This document shows positions 39,946 through 50,605 of a stretch of DNA of 64,000 nt, in pieces. Location of the stretch: the NCBI GenBank assembly GCA_963744145.1, contig CAVUSO010000001.1, positions 2,688,001 to 2,752,000 of the forward strand, written 5' to 3'. The DNA is from an uncultured cyanobacterium (lineage in GTDB: Bacteria; Cyanobacteriota; Cyanobacteriia; Cyanobacteriales; CAWUOF01). Positions within the stretch are counted from its first letter, which is position 1. Each line of letters starts with the position of its first letter. The position numbers and the translations under genes were made by a program. The notes beneath the pieces were generated by a model that was not told the origin of the DNA, made no database searches, and was given only the letters and a program-made list of their open reading frames with translations.

Positions 39946-40935
39946 ATGAACAATCCTACTCGTTTACCACCAAACTTCGATCTACCACTACTATCAAGGC
40001 AGAATTTGCCAACCATGTACGATTTACCTAGTGAAGATCCAGAGGAGCCAGGATTGGCAGATATTTTTCACCTCGACCAACCACAATTTTTAGAGTATAC
40101 TTTCCAACCGGAGAACTACGATCCAGAACAAGTGTTTAGCGCGATCGACCTCTATCTTTACTATGATATTAACCACCCGAACTGGCACAAGCGCCCCGAT
40201 TGGTTTGCAGTTGTCGGTGTCCCATCTTTATACGATGGCTGGGACTTGCGTTTGAGCTACGTGATGTGGCAAGAACAAGTTAGCCCCATAGTCGTAGTTG
40301 AGTTATTGTCACCTAGTACAGAAAAAGAAGATTTAGGACAGACCGTTAGTCAACCGGGTTCTCCACCAACCAAATGGGAGGTTTACGAGCAAATTCTGCA
40401 AGTTCCCTACTATGTACTTTTCAGCCGCAACACTAATCAGATGCAGACTTTCCAACTGATTGATGGTAAATATCAACCTGCGAATCTGACTGATGGACGT
40501 TTGATAATTCCCCAAATCGGACTAAGTTTAGGTCTTTGGTACGGGTCTTTTAAGAATAAATCCCGGTTGTGGTTGCGCTGGTTTACAGCGCAAGGAAATT
40601 TGATTCTTACTCCTGAAGAGAAATTGGTCGAAGCTCAACAGGAAACGATCGTGGCTAAACTGCAAGCTGATCAAGCTCAACAGGAAACGCTCGCGGCTAA
40701 ACTACAAGCTGATCAAGCTCAACAGGAAACGCTCGCGGCTAAACTACAAGCTGATCAAGCTCAACAGGAAACGCTCGCGGCTAAACTACAAGCTGATCAA
40801 GCTCAACAGGATGCGCTCGCGGCTAAACTACAAGCTGATCAAGCTCAACAGGATGCGCTCGCGGCTAAACTGCAAGCGGCTAAACTAGAGGCTAAACTAA
40901 GAGAGTTGGGTATTGATCCAAATACCTTGGTTTGA
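39946..40935 (+). CDS. Uma2 (DUF820) family putative endonuclease with repeat-expanded coiled-coil tail
   Basis: RPDWFAVVG, VVELLSPSTEKED, KWEVYEQILQVPYY, KLRELGIDP. Confidence 0.9.
   Translation: MNNPTRLPPNFDLPLLSRQNLPTMYDLPSEDPEEPGLADIFHLDQPQFLEYTFQPENYDPEQVFSAIDLYLYYDINHPNWHKRPDWFAVVGVPSLYDGWDLRLSYVMWQEQVSPIVVVELLSPSTEKEDLGQTVSQPGSPPTKWEVYEQILQVPYYVLFSRNTNQMQTFQLIDGKYQPANLTDGRLIIPQIGLSLGLWYGSFKNKSRLWLRWFTAQGNLILTPEEKLVEAQQETIVAKLQADQAQQETLAAKLQADQAQQETLAAKLQADQAQQETLAAKLQADQAQQDALAAKLQADQAQQDALAAKLQAAKLEAKLRELGIDPNTLV
40631..40899 (+). repeat. Six 42-nt coding tandem repeats (AQQETLAAKLQADQ)
   Basis: Unit caagctcaacaggaaacgctcgcggctaaactacaagctgat. Confidence 0.92.
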
Positions 40936-41260
40936 TTAGAGGCGATCGCTGAATATTTTAAATGATGGTAGTTGGGGCGATCGCCGCCAATCTCCCAACC
41001 CTTGTAATTCATCTATTATATCTCAGTTGTGGCGAATAGCGATCGCCGCAAAGAAACAACAACAGGAAGCACAGAATTATTATGCTTCAGCAACTACTAT
41101 GATTCTAAATGTATAACTGGAATTTTGCAAAAACTTTCTCCTGATTAGATCAAAATTCTGAGATGATTGAGGAGATTTTATCCCAACAAGAGCTAAATAA
41201 TATGGTCTGAGATTGGCGATCGCTTGGAGCTGATCTTATCCTAGCATTTCTTTCCTAATT

Positions 41261-41461
41261 TCAGATTTCGCTCTGTAATTCTCGTAGCATTGACACCGAG
41301 AAAGTTAGCTCTGGATGTAATACTTCAATTTCATAATTAGTAAGAAAATCTTCAGGAAAATCATTAATATTAAATGTGATGATTTGATTGACTCCATCAG
41401 CGATCGCTGCTGCTAAAATATAGTTAAAACTGGACGCTTTTTGAGGACATTGCGTATCCAC
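41261..41461 (-). pseudogene. C-terminal fragment of a PIN-domain protein
   Basis: ILAAAIADGVNQIITFNINDFP..L..YEIEVLHPE. Confidence 0.65.
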
Positions 41462-41476
41462 TCATCATGAATTAAA

Positions 41477-41683
41477 TTAGTCCATTTCGCTCGAAACAGG
41501 ACCAACAACACAGACAGGTTGCTTAGGTATTAAAGTTACTTGAGATTCTAATTTATAAAGTCGTGCTGGCCAATAAGTTCCTAGACACTTGATTCTTCCC
41601 AACTGTGCTGAAGAAATTGTTTCATTAATAATTCCCGCGATCGCTTCAGGAAATAATTCCGGTTTATCATTAGTAAAAAACAT
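41477..41683 (-). CDS. NfeD-like C-terminal OB-fold small protein (possibly truncated)
   Basis: GIINETI..GRIKCLGTYWPAR..VCVVG. Confidence 0.65.
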   Translation of the reverse strand: MFFTNDKPELFPEAIAGIINETISSAQLGRIKCLGTYWPARLYKLESQVTLIPKQPVCVVGPVSSEMD

Positions 41684-41822
41684 TTTTGGCTTACCTAAAA
41701 CTCAATTGATTAAGATATTTAGCAACATCAATTTCTAGGATTACACTAGGTTGAAAACCCAACTAATTATTCAATCAAGTTGGGCGCTAACTAAACTGCA
41801 TTAGGATGAAAACAATCAGAGT

Positions 41823-42500
41823 TTAAAAGTTGTTAATAATTACGGGTGGACTTGAGCGCGTAGCTGGATAGTTTGGATAAACAGGTTGCTGATAATTTGG
41901 CTGTGGATAGTTTGGATAAATTGGTTGTTGATAATTTGGCTGTGGATAGTTTGGATAAACAGGTTGTTGATAATTTGGCTGTGGATAGTTTGGATAAATT
42001 GGTTGCTGATAATTTGGCTGTGGATAGTTTGGATAAATTGGTTGCTGATAATTTGGCTGTGGATAGTTTGGATAAATTGGTTGCTGATAATTTGGCTGTG
42101 GATAATTTGGATAAATTGGTTGTTGGTAATTCTGCGGTGGATAATTTTGATATGCGGGTTGCTGCTCATTTTGTGGTGGATAGTTTGGAGATGTGGGTTG
42201 CTGATACGTTGGTGTTGGAGTGTTTGGATATGTTGGTTGTGCATTATCGATAGGAGAAGCACCTGGAGATCCAGCTAGATTATTGGTAGGATTGATGAAT
42301 GGTTGATTAGCTGGTAATCCTTGAATAATAAAACCAGGAAATATCCCCTGTAAAGCACTACGTCCGAGCGAATCGAGGAGCGGTTTAAGAGGTATGGCTA
42401 AAGAACTTTGGGCGCTAAAAATAACTATGGGAATGGATATTACCATTCCTCCTGCTATTTGAACAAATCCCTTTGGAAATAGATTAGTTTGAATAATCAT
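41823..42500 (-). CDS. Putatively secreted Pro/Gln/Asn/Tyr-rich repeat protein
   Basis: Signal-like N-terminus (..IVIFSAQSSLA-IP); YPNYPQPNYQQP(I/V) repeats. Confidence 0.7.
   Translation of the reverse strand: MIIQTNLFPKGFVQIAGGMVISIPIVIFSAQSSLAIPLKPLLDSLGRSALQGIFPGFIIQGLPANQPFINPTNNLAGSPGASPIDNAQPTYPNTPTPTYQQPTSPNYPPQNEQQPAYQNYPPQNYQQPIYPNYPQPNYQQPIYPNYPQPNYQQPIYPNYPQPNYQQPIYPNYPQPNYQQPVYPNYPQPNYQQPIYPNYPQPNYQQPVYPNYPATRSSPPVIINNF
41865..42240. repeat. 39-nt coding tandem repeat, about 7 near-perfect plus degenerate copies
   Basis: Unit tggatagtttggataaattggttgctgataatttggctg. Confidence 0.92.
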
Positions 42501-42622
42501 GTTTTTACTCTTTTTTTAGGTCAAAACTTTAGAACAAGAGAGGCGATCGCGATTTCGAGAAAAAGTGCGATCGCCAAACTCTAACTAAAAAGAATCAGTC
42601 AAGAGATGAACAGCACCTTTAA

Positions 42623-43375
42623 CTAAGGCATAGGTTTAGAGTTGGGTGGATTTCCGTATATATAGGCACTGGGAACCCAAAAGTTTGTTCCAGCGATGTG
42701 AAACCACCGTGCATCTGGTGTTCCTAGTTGTAAATCAGTGACTGTTTCGCTATATTCCCAACCATCAAAAGAAAGCGTTTGACGATAACCCACATTTTGG
42801 TTACTTCTGTCCGCTAGATGAGGAGAGTTACGGAGATTAACTCCTACAGTTGACATAACCCATCCAGAAAAAGGAACTCTAATAAAGGGTGGAGTAGGTG
42901 TAGGTGGATTGTTACCTTTCACCCAAAACGAAACGTCGGAACGACCATTAACACTGGTGCCAAATCCAATTACGCTAACATCAGTACAGTTATATTCAGT
43001 AAATTGGGCACTACTACGTTGATTAGCTGCTCGTACAGTTATTTTCCCATTAGACTGAATGCTTTCTACTACCCCAACATGACCATAAGTTGTGTCTGCT
43101 CCTGGGAAGCTTGGTTGCATCACTACGATCGCACCGGCTTGGGGACCAACTTGTTTAAATCCATTGCGAGCTAATACTGGTCCTACATCTTTAGCATTAG
43201 CTGGAATACTGATGTTATAGCGATTGGCAATATATGCTACACACTGGCAATATCCAGCAGCGACAGCAGGTTTAGGGGATAATAAAGAAGCAACAGCTAA
43301 AGTACCACTTGTGGCTAATAAACTTGACATAAATAGAGAAACTAATGATTTGGAAGAACGTGATTTCATGATCAA
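42623..43375 (-). CDS. Secreted CHAP-domain peptidoglycan hydrolase with C-terminal SH3b-like domain
   Basis: Signal peptide, YCQCVAY, YGHVGVVE, AANQ; Pro linker; GVNLRNSP...WF..GTNFWVPSAYI. Confidence 0.85.
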   Translation of the reverse strand: MIMKSRSSKSLVSLFMSSLLATSGTLAVASLLSPKPAVAAGYCQCVAYIANRYNISIPANAKDVGPVLARNGFKQVGPQAGAIVVMQPSFPGADTTYGHVGVVESIQSNGKITVRAANQRSSAQFTEYNCTDVSVIGFGTSVNGRSDVSFWVKGNNPPTPTPPFIRVPFSGWVMSTVGVNLRNSPHLADRSNQNVGYRQTLSFDGWEYSETVTDLQLGTPDARWFHIAGTNFWVPSAYIYGNPPNSKPMP

Positions 43376-46300
43376 TACCTCTTTACTTGGTTGAAAATTG
43401 AGCGGATAACTTATCTACATATCTCTGAGTGATGGCATCCTCTTCTTTCCTAGAAATAGAAGAGAAATCACCTGGAGATTTAGCAACATCAATTTGCTGC
43501 TTTCCCATCAACAATTTCATTCTCGAACTAGGGTGAAAGACTTCTTGCTAGAGAAATGATTGGGATTGTCAAAGATGTGGTAAATTTGTGTAAGACTTGT
43601 GATCAATACTCCAAATGTTTTGTAGATAAAGGTGTTTGCTTTTTGTCTTGGTTTGATTTCCTTGACACCATCAATCAAATCACCACTACCAAATCGTTGG
43701 GACCTATTTAACGGAGTCAAGTAAAGTTCGTGGGTAATAATCCTGAACCCTATGTCACAATTAGATTTGGCGATTCACTAACCAAAGCCGAACTTAGCGC
43801 GATCGCCCTTAATATCGTTAAAATCGTCTTTTTCAGTTAGGACTATGGGAACACAAAGAAAACGGGGCTATGTGCTGACGGAGATTGGTGAGCAAAAAGT
43901 CATTGCTGCTCTCACTAAACAAGAAGTGAAACCACGTAATCGCGCTAGTTGGCTCAAAGAGGAAACTGACAAGATTGGTGAGTCTCTAGACGACGATACA
44001 ATCCGCAAGATTTTAAAAAGACAGAGTGCTGAAGAAAGCTCAATTCAGTCTGTTTTTAAGGCGTTGAAATTATCATATAAGCGTGATTTAGATAGCGTCC
44101 TAGCTTCAACAGATATAAGTAGTACAAAAAGTGAAATTTCCGAAAAATGTCCCTATCGAGGTTTATTTGCTTTTGGAAAGGATGATGCTTCCTTTTTCTT
44201 TGGTCGTAAAAGTTTTATTCAGACTTTAGTAAATGCAGTACAAGAAAAGCCCTTAGTGACAGTTGTTGGGAATTCGGGAATTGGTAAGTCTTCGGTAATT
44301 TTTGCCGGACTTATTCCTACATTAGAGGAATTGGGAACATGGAAGATAGTGACTTTTCGACCTACTAATAATCCTTTCTATGGACTGGCTAAGGCATTAC
44401 TCGAATTATTTCAGCCAGAGGTGGATGTGGTCGAAAGAATGACAAAAATTAAAAAATGTGCGGATAATCTTAAAAAAGAGGATGTAACTTTAAAAGATTT
44501 TTTAGAATATCAATTACCAGAAATTTCTTCGACCCAGCGATTTTTAATAGTCATTGATCAATTTGAAGAGCTTTATACACTTTCTTTAGAAGATGAAAGA
44601 AATATTTTTCTAGCTCAATTATTAGAAGTAATCGAGCTAGAAAGTAAAAAACGAACACCTGATGTGATTTTAGTTATTACCTTAAGAGCAGATTTTTATG
44701 GATACGCTCTAGCTCATCCAGGTTTAGGTAAAGCATTGCAAACATGGAAACCTGAAAATTTGCTAAAGATGAATCTCGACGAGTTAAAAGAAGCAATTGA
44801 AAAACCCGCAGCATTAGTGAAATTGAAGATTCAAGATGGACTAACCCAAGTTATATTAAATGCGATCAAGAACAATCAGGGTGAATTACCATTATTAGAA
44901 TTTACCTTAGAAAAACTCTGGGAAAAGCGTAATGGTCAATTAACTATTTCTGCATATAATGAAATTGGCGGAGTGGAGAAAGCTTTAGCTAATCATGCTG
45001 AGGAAGTTTACAACAAGTTAGACGAAAATGAGCAGAAGCAATCCCAATATATTTTTACTCAATTGGTACGTTTTGGAGAAAATACCGATGATACTCGTCG
45101 TCTAGCTACCTGTGATGAAATTGGCTCAGAAAACTGGCAGTTAGTTACTAAATTAGCTAGTTCAGAACGCCATCTAAACGCTCGTTTAGTAATTACAGGT
45201 TACGATGAATCTAAAAAACAACCGACTGTTGAGGTAGTTCATGAAGCTTTAATTAGGGGATGGGAGCGTTTGCGGAAGTGGATGGAGGAGGATCGGGAGT
45301 TTCGGAAATGGCAAGATCGGTTACGCACTGAAAAAGATATCTGGGAAAATAGTGGTAAAGATAATGGTGCTTTGCTACGAGGTGCGTTACTGGTAGAAGC
45401 TGAAGAATGGTTGAAAAAACGAAGCGAAAGTATTACTAACCAAAAAGAAAGAGAATTTATTCTAGTCAGTCGTCATTATCAAGAGCAAGAAGATGTTGAA
45501 CGAATTAAAGATTTATTGAATTTATCAGAAAAGGAATTACAGTTAAAACAACAGTTAAGCTCCTTGGTAATTGCTGTTAAAGCAGGTATCAAGTTACGCA
45601 ATATTTATGAACCTTCAGAAGAATTAAAGAGAAATATTGTAGAAAGATTACAGCAAGGACTCTATGAAATTAGCGAGCAAAATCAATTTGTGGGTCATAA
45701 CAATGGAATAGATGGTGTTGCATTCAGTCCAGATGGTTTAATGATCGCTTCAGCCAGTGATGATAAAACTATTAAACTTTGGGACTTAGACGGTAAACTT
45801 TTAAGAACTTTTGATGGACATACTGGTGAAGTATGGGGAGTAAATTTTAGCCCCGATGGTCAAATAATTGCTTCAGGTAGTGTTGATAAAACGGTGAGAT
45901 TATGGAGTCTTAATGGGACGCTGTTGAAAATACTAAAAGGACATACTCATGCAGTTTTGGAAGTAAGTTTTAGCCCCGATAGTCAAATAATTGCTTCGTG
46001 TAGCGAGGACAGAACAGTGAGATTATGGAATCTCGATGGGACGCTGTTGAAAATACTAGAAGAAGATACTCATGTAGTACGTAGAGTAAGTTTTAGCCCC
46101 GATGGTCAAAGGATTGCTTCGTGTAGCGAGGACAGAACAGTGAGATTATGGAATCTCGATGGGACCCTCTTGAGAACCCTAGAAGGACATACGGATTACG
46201 TCTATGCAATAAATTTTAGCCCTGATGGTCAAAGGATTGCATCAAGTAGTGCTGACAAAACCGTGAAATTATGGAGTCTCGATGGGACTCTCTTGAAAAC

Positions 46301-46727
46301 ATTAGAAGGACATACTGATCGGGTCTATGGAGTAAGTTTTAGCCCCGATGGTCAAATAATTGCTTCTGCTAGTTTTGACAAAACCATAAGATTATGGAGT
46401 CTTGATGGGGCGCTCTTGAGAACTCTAGAAGGACATAAGCATCGGGTCTATGGAGTAAGTTTTAGCCCCGATGGTCAAATAATTGCATCAAGTAGTGCTG
46501 ACAAAACCATAAGATTATGGAGCAGCAATTCTCATTTTGAAAAAAATCAGAGAAAATTCTCTTATTTAAATAGAGAACTTGTGTCGAAGCATGATTTTTT
46601 GACAGATAATTATCATCCGACGCTGAAGATAGACAAGTTTTCAGAAATTTGTCCATGAAAAATCGATTTCAACTGATACATCCAGATGAAATTCTCACCC
46701 ATTTTTTAGGTTTTTTTTGATAAAAAA

Positions 46728-46929
46728 GTACGGGCGTATTGCAATACGCCCCTACCCTTCCTCTTTCAATATATTGATATTTTTCAACTAGAATTTAGTT
46801 TTTTTAATGGGACATTCTCGGTGAGAATAAATGAGAATAAATCTGACCAATTTTTGAACCATAAATATTTTAATAAGGTCCGAATATCCTTAAAGAAAGT
46901 AGTAGGGGCGTATGGCAATACGCCCGTAC
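46728..46929. repeat. Inverted REP doublet (REPIN-like) nested in the IS
   Basis: GTACGGGCGTATTGCAATACGCCCCTAC (46728-46755) and GTAGGGGCGTATGGCAATACGCCCGTAC (46902-46929). Confidence 0.8.
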
Positions 46930-48135
46930 TAATAGGTCACGAACTTTTTGATAGATGTAATTAACTAAATCCAAAACAGTATGAAATAAAAAAGCTAGTA
47001 AATTCAAAGACAATAATAACTCGCACAAATGATTTTCACCATGACCAAAGTTATGCTCTAAATTATAACCGTGATTTTTAAGAACGTTATTACTTTCATT
47101 CTCAACTTTCCATCTGCTGCGCCCAGCTTTGACAATTTCTTCAATATTATTTTCAGTGATTTTATGATTAGTGATCCAATTATTTTGGTAGATAATTTTC
47201 TGTGTTTCCTCATTAATAACAGTCACTTCGTACCAATTAACTTCGAGACTTGATTCTTCATCTTTTAAGGGAACTCTATTAGCATAGCGATAACGATACA
47301 GGAGATTTTTTCGCCCATCCCATTGGGGCTTTTTAATGGTAGTAACTTCTCCACTTTTTTCTAAAAACTCTAGCCATTCATATAAAGTTTTATGCGAAGT
47401 TTCTCGACCAACAAAAATAAAATTATATCCTTGTTTTAGAGCTAATTCACAAATAGGTTGGTGGGCATATAAGTCATCCCCTAAAAGGGTTACAGGATAA
47501 CCATATTTATTTTGATGATTCTTATTCAACCATCTTTTAACCGCCGCATTTTCACAATCTTGTTTTTGATGACCATCCAGGTTTTTAATAAATTCTGGCG
47601 CTAAACTAATCACTTGGTTTTGATTAGGAGAAACTACAATAGGTGTAACACAGCTATGAAAATAAGTGGTAGTTCCATTGCGATGATTACGACGGTTACA
47701 ATGAGGACAATTTATTTTCTGTGATGAAAAATATTCGGTGCCATCTAAAGCCATTAAAATTTCTTCATCTAAGTAGAGAAACTTTTTCAAAACTCCGTTT
47801 TTATTTAACCATTCATAGACTTCTTGAAAAGCCATAAATATAGTAGCTGCTGGCACCGGATCTAACAAATTTCTGATTTGATTATCACAGGGAATTTTCT
47901 TAATTGAAAATAAACTTTCTGCGTTATCTTTTCCTTTATTGCTTTTCATTAACCGCTGATGGTCTAAAAAAGATGCTGACTGAGTAAAAAAGATTGAAAA
48001 TGCAGCCATCACTGCATCTTCTACCTGGTATTTCGTATTATTTCCAGGTTTCCTTTCATCAGGTAAGTCATGTAATTGTTGACGTAAAAATTCGATTAAT
48101 TCAGGGATTTCTAGGGTCGCTGCTTTTTGAGCCAT
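46870..48135 (-). CDS. Transposase (ISNCY-like DDE), C-terminus replaced by REP sequence
   Basis: ALDGTEYFSS, KQDCENAAVKRW, LGDDLY, GRSRWKVENE, LEHNFGHG. Confidence 0.9.
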   Translation of the reverse strand: MAQKAATLEIPELIEFLRQQLHDLPDERKPGNNTKYQVEDAVMAAFSIFFTQSASFLDHQRLMKSNKGKDNAESLFSIKKIPCDNQIRNLLDPVPAATIFMAFQEVYEWLNKNGVLKKFLYLDEEILMALDGTEYFSSQKINCPHCNRRNHRNGTTTYFHSCVTPIVVSPNQNQVISLAPEFIKNLDGHQKQDCENAAVKRWLNKNHQNKYGYPVTLLGDDLYAHQPICELALKQGYNFIFVGRETSHKTLYEWLEFLEKSGEVTTIKKPQWDGRKNLLYRYRYANRVPLKDEESSLEVNWYEVTVINEETQKIIYQNNWITNHKITENNIEEIVKAGRSRWKVENESNNVLKNHGYNLEHNFGHGENHLCELLLSLNLLAFLFHTVLDLVNYIYQKVRDLLVRAYCHTPLLLSLRIFGPY

Positions 48136-49575
48136 GTTTGAGTAATTTAACGTGCTGTCAGATTTTTAACTCACCGATTATACCTCATCTGATCACAATT
48201 ATAAATTTTTATTTTCCTTGAATTCCCTATTCTAAAAACCGAACTATCAAACTGGATTTCCCTCGTTCGTTGTCAGGCCATCCTCGATTCTATTGAGTAT
48301 TTATACTTAGATATTGACCCAATTGTTTTTTAGCCATTGCCTCTGCCTGAAAAACTGGTTATTTTGTACTATATTTTCAATTCCCAAATCGGGATTAATA
48401 CTCTATTTTTTTTAAAATGAGAATTGCTGATTATGGAGTCTTGACGAGACCCTCGTGAGAACTCTAGAAGGACATAAGGATCAGGTCTATATAGTAAGTT
48501 TTAATCCCAATGGTCAGATAATTGTTTCTGCTAGTCTTGACAGAACAGTGAGATTATGGAATCTCAATGGTACACTTTTGAAAACATTAGAAGGACATAC
48601 TGATCGGGTCTATGGAGTAAGTTTTAGCCCTGATGGTCAAATAATTGCTTCTGCTAGTGCTGACAAAACCTTGAAATTATGGAGCATTGATGGGACGCTC
48701 CTGAGAACCTTAGAAGGACATACTTATCATGTCTATGGAGTAAGTTTTAGCCCCAATGGTCAAATACTTGTATCAAGTAGTAGTGACAGAACGGTGAAAT
48801 TATGGAGTCTTGATGGGACACTTTTGAGAACGTTAGAAGGACATACTGATCCGATCTATGGAGTAAGCTTTAGCCCCGATGGTCAAATGATTGCTTCTGC
48901 TAGTTTTGACAAAACCATGAAATTATGGAGTCTCAATGGGACACTTTTGAGAACTATAGAAGGGCATACTAATTCGGTCTATGGAGTAAGTTTTAGCCCT
49001 AATGGTCAAATGATTGCTTCTGCTAGTAATGACAAAACTGTGAAATTATGGAATCTTAATGGAAAACTGTTGAGAACATTAGAAGGACATGATGAACCTG
49101 TCTGGGGGGTAAGTTTTAGTCCTGATAGTCAAATGATTGCTTCTGCTAGTAATGACAAAACAATAAAATTATGGCATATCGATGGGAAACTGTTGAAAAC
49201 TTTAGAAGGACATACTGATCAGGTCTGGGGAGTGAGCTTTAGTCCTGATGGTCAAACGATCGCTTCCGGTAGTGATGATAAAACAGTAAGATTATGGCGG
49301 ATCGAGCCTGAAGATTTAATCTTAGACTTAGATGTTAAACTGAATACCTTACTCAAAAAAGGTTGTAATTGGATTAGGAATTATCTCAAAACTAATCCGA
49401 ATGTGAGCGAAAGCGATCGACTTCTCTGTGATGATATTTGCTCTTCTTAATAAACACATTAAAGAAAACTAACTAACTGATTCAACAGAAATTGTTTCTG
49501 CTATTGATTATTTTATCCATCTCTAGAGCGCCAGTCCAGTAGAAAGTATTGACAAAAAAACGAAATATTTGTTAT

Positions 49576-49864
49576 GTAGGGGCGAAGCATGAGGGCGATC
49601 AATGATTGCACTTATCAACAGTTTTTTTCCCTCATGCTTCGCCCTGCCCGCTATGCCTCAAACAATTATCATTTATGGACGCAGCAGCAGTAGAAGAAGG
49701 GCAAAGCATTCCGGTCATAAAAGGGCAAAGCATTCCGGTCATAAATAATACGGTTCAGTTACCATCTTTTTTTTTGGGATATCTCGGCGAAGAAGGGCGA
49801 AGTATTCGGATATAATATTACTGGTTTCATTGTTCAATTGTCGCCCGAATGCGAAAGCCCCTAC
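49576..49864. repeat. Cluster of REP-like palindromes with a 24-bp tandem duplication
   Basis: GTAGGGGCGAAGCAT...ATGCTTCGCCC; GGGCGAAGTATTCGG...CCGAATGCGAAAGCCCCTAC; aagggcaaagcattccggtcataa twice (49697-49744). Confidence 0.7.
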
Positions 49865-49985
49865 ATAGCTTTGGGTTTGAGAAACATCTACTGTGCGGCG
49901 ATCGCTCGTCAAATTCTGAACACTAATTGTTACTATTTGGTGAAAAGCATGGTAACTCAAGCAACCCAGATTCGCTGTTATCACT

Positions 49986-50390
49986 TTACCAAATTACTGA
50001 AGAATAGAAACTAGCTATTTTTCGATCTGCGGTAATAATAGCAGCTTGATTCTTTTTGGCAATTGCCACAACTACTCTATCTGCTGGATCTCTGTGTTCC
50101 CATTCTAGTTTGACACTTTCTAGCCAGATTTCCTCATCGATTGCAACAATACGGATAACATCAGACTTTTTTAGAGTAGCCAGATAGTAATCAATATCTA
50201 CTCCTAAATCTAATTTATGGTTTTTAATCTTGATCGCTATTTCCCAGACAGCTATTGATGGTACTAACCCATTTTTTTCCTGTTCCATGATATGACAAGC
50301 TTCCTTTGCTTTTTGAGAAAGTTTGTCTGGATCTAAACTCCACCAGACTAAAGCGCAGGTGTCAAGAACAATTTTTATACTTTTTGCCAT
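49986..50390 (-). CDS. VapC/PIN-domain toxin
   Basis: VLDTCALVW, SIAVWEIAIK, HRDPADRVVVA, IITAD. Confidence 0.9.
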   Translation of the reverse strand: MAKSIKIVLDTCALVWWSLDPDKLSQKAKEACHIMEQEKNGLVPSIAVWEIAIKIKNHKLDLGVDIDYYLATLKKSDVIRIVAIDEEIWLESVKLEWEHRDPADRVVVAIAKKNQAAIITADRKIASFYSSVIW

Positions 50391-50605
50391 TCTTCAGTAG
50401 TTGGGGTAGTTAAATCTTCAAAATACGTCACTTTTCCTCGGATATTTTTAAATAATTCGACTGTTGTCTGGTGACATTCATACTGAGAAATTATCGCCAC
50501 TGGTTTACTACCATCAGTAACTAAAATTTCTTCCCCTTCTAATTCAACAAGTTGCAGAAATTCTAGTAGATTAGCTTTTAATTGATTTTTGTCAACGGTT
50601 TTCAT
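50375..50605 (-). CDS. Phd/YefM-family antitoxin
   Basis: LKANLLEFLQLVE..GEEILVTDGSKPVA; overlaps the toxin start. Confidence 0.88.
   Translation of the reverse strand: MKTVDKNQLKANLLEFLQLVELEGEEILVTDGSKPVAIISQYECHQTTVELFKNIRGKVTYFEDLTTPTTEEWQKV

Larger units (their letters stand above)
46523..48429 (-). mobile_element. Insertion sequence (ISNCY-like, DDE), 1907 bp
   Basis: TIRs CAGCAATTCTCATTTT / AAAATGAGAATTGCTG; 9-bp target duplication ATTATGGAG at 46514-46522 and 48430-48438. Confidence 0.93.
43845..49450 (+). pseudogene. HTH-like + STAND NTPase (nSTAND1-like) + 14 WD40 repeats, interrupted by an IS
   Basis: CPYRGL..FFGR, Walker A GNSGIGKSS, VIDQFEEL, LPLLEFTL, VVHEALIRGW. Joining 43845-46522 to 48439-49450 restores a 1229-aa frame. 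Confidence 0.9.

Noticed and set aside
41840..42278. Alternative-frame ORFs (41840-42262, 41873-42253, 41886-42278)
   Set aside because: Artefacts of the stop-free 39-nt tandem repeat
49606..49984. ORFs 49606-49815 and 49739-49984
   Set aside because: They lie over the REP cluster and direct repeat; not credible proteins
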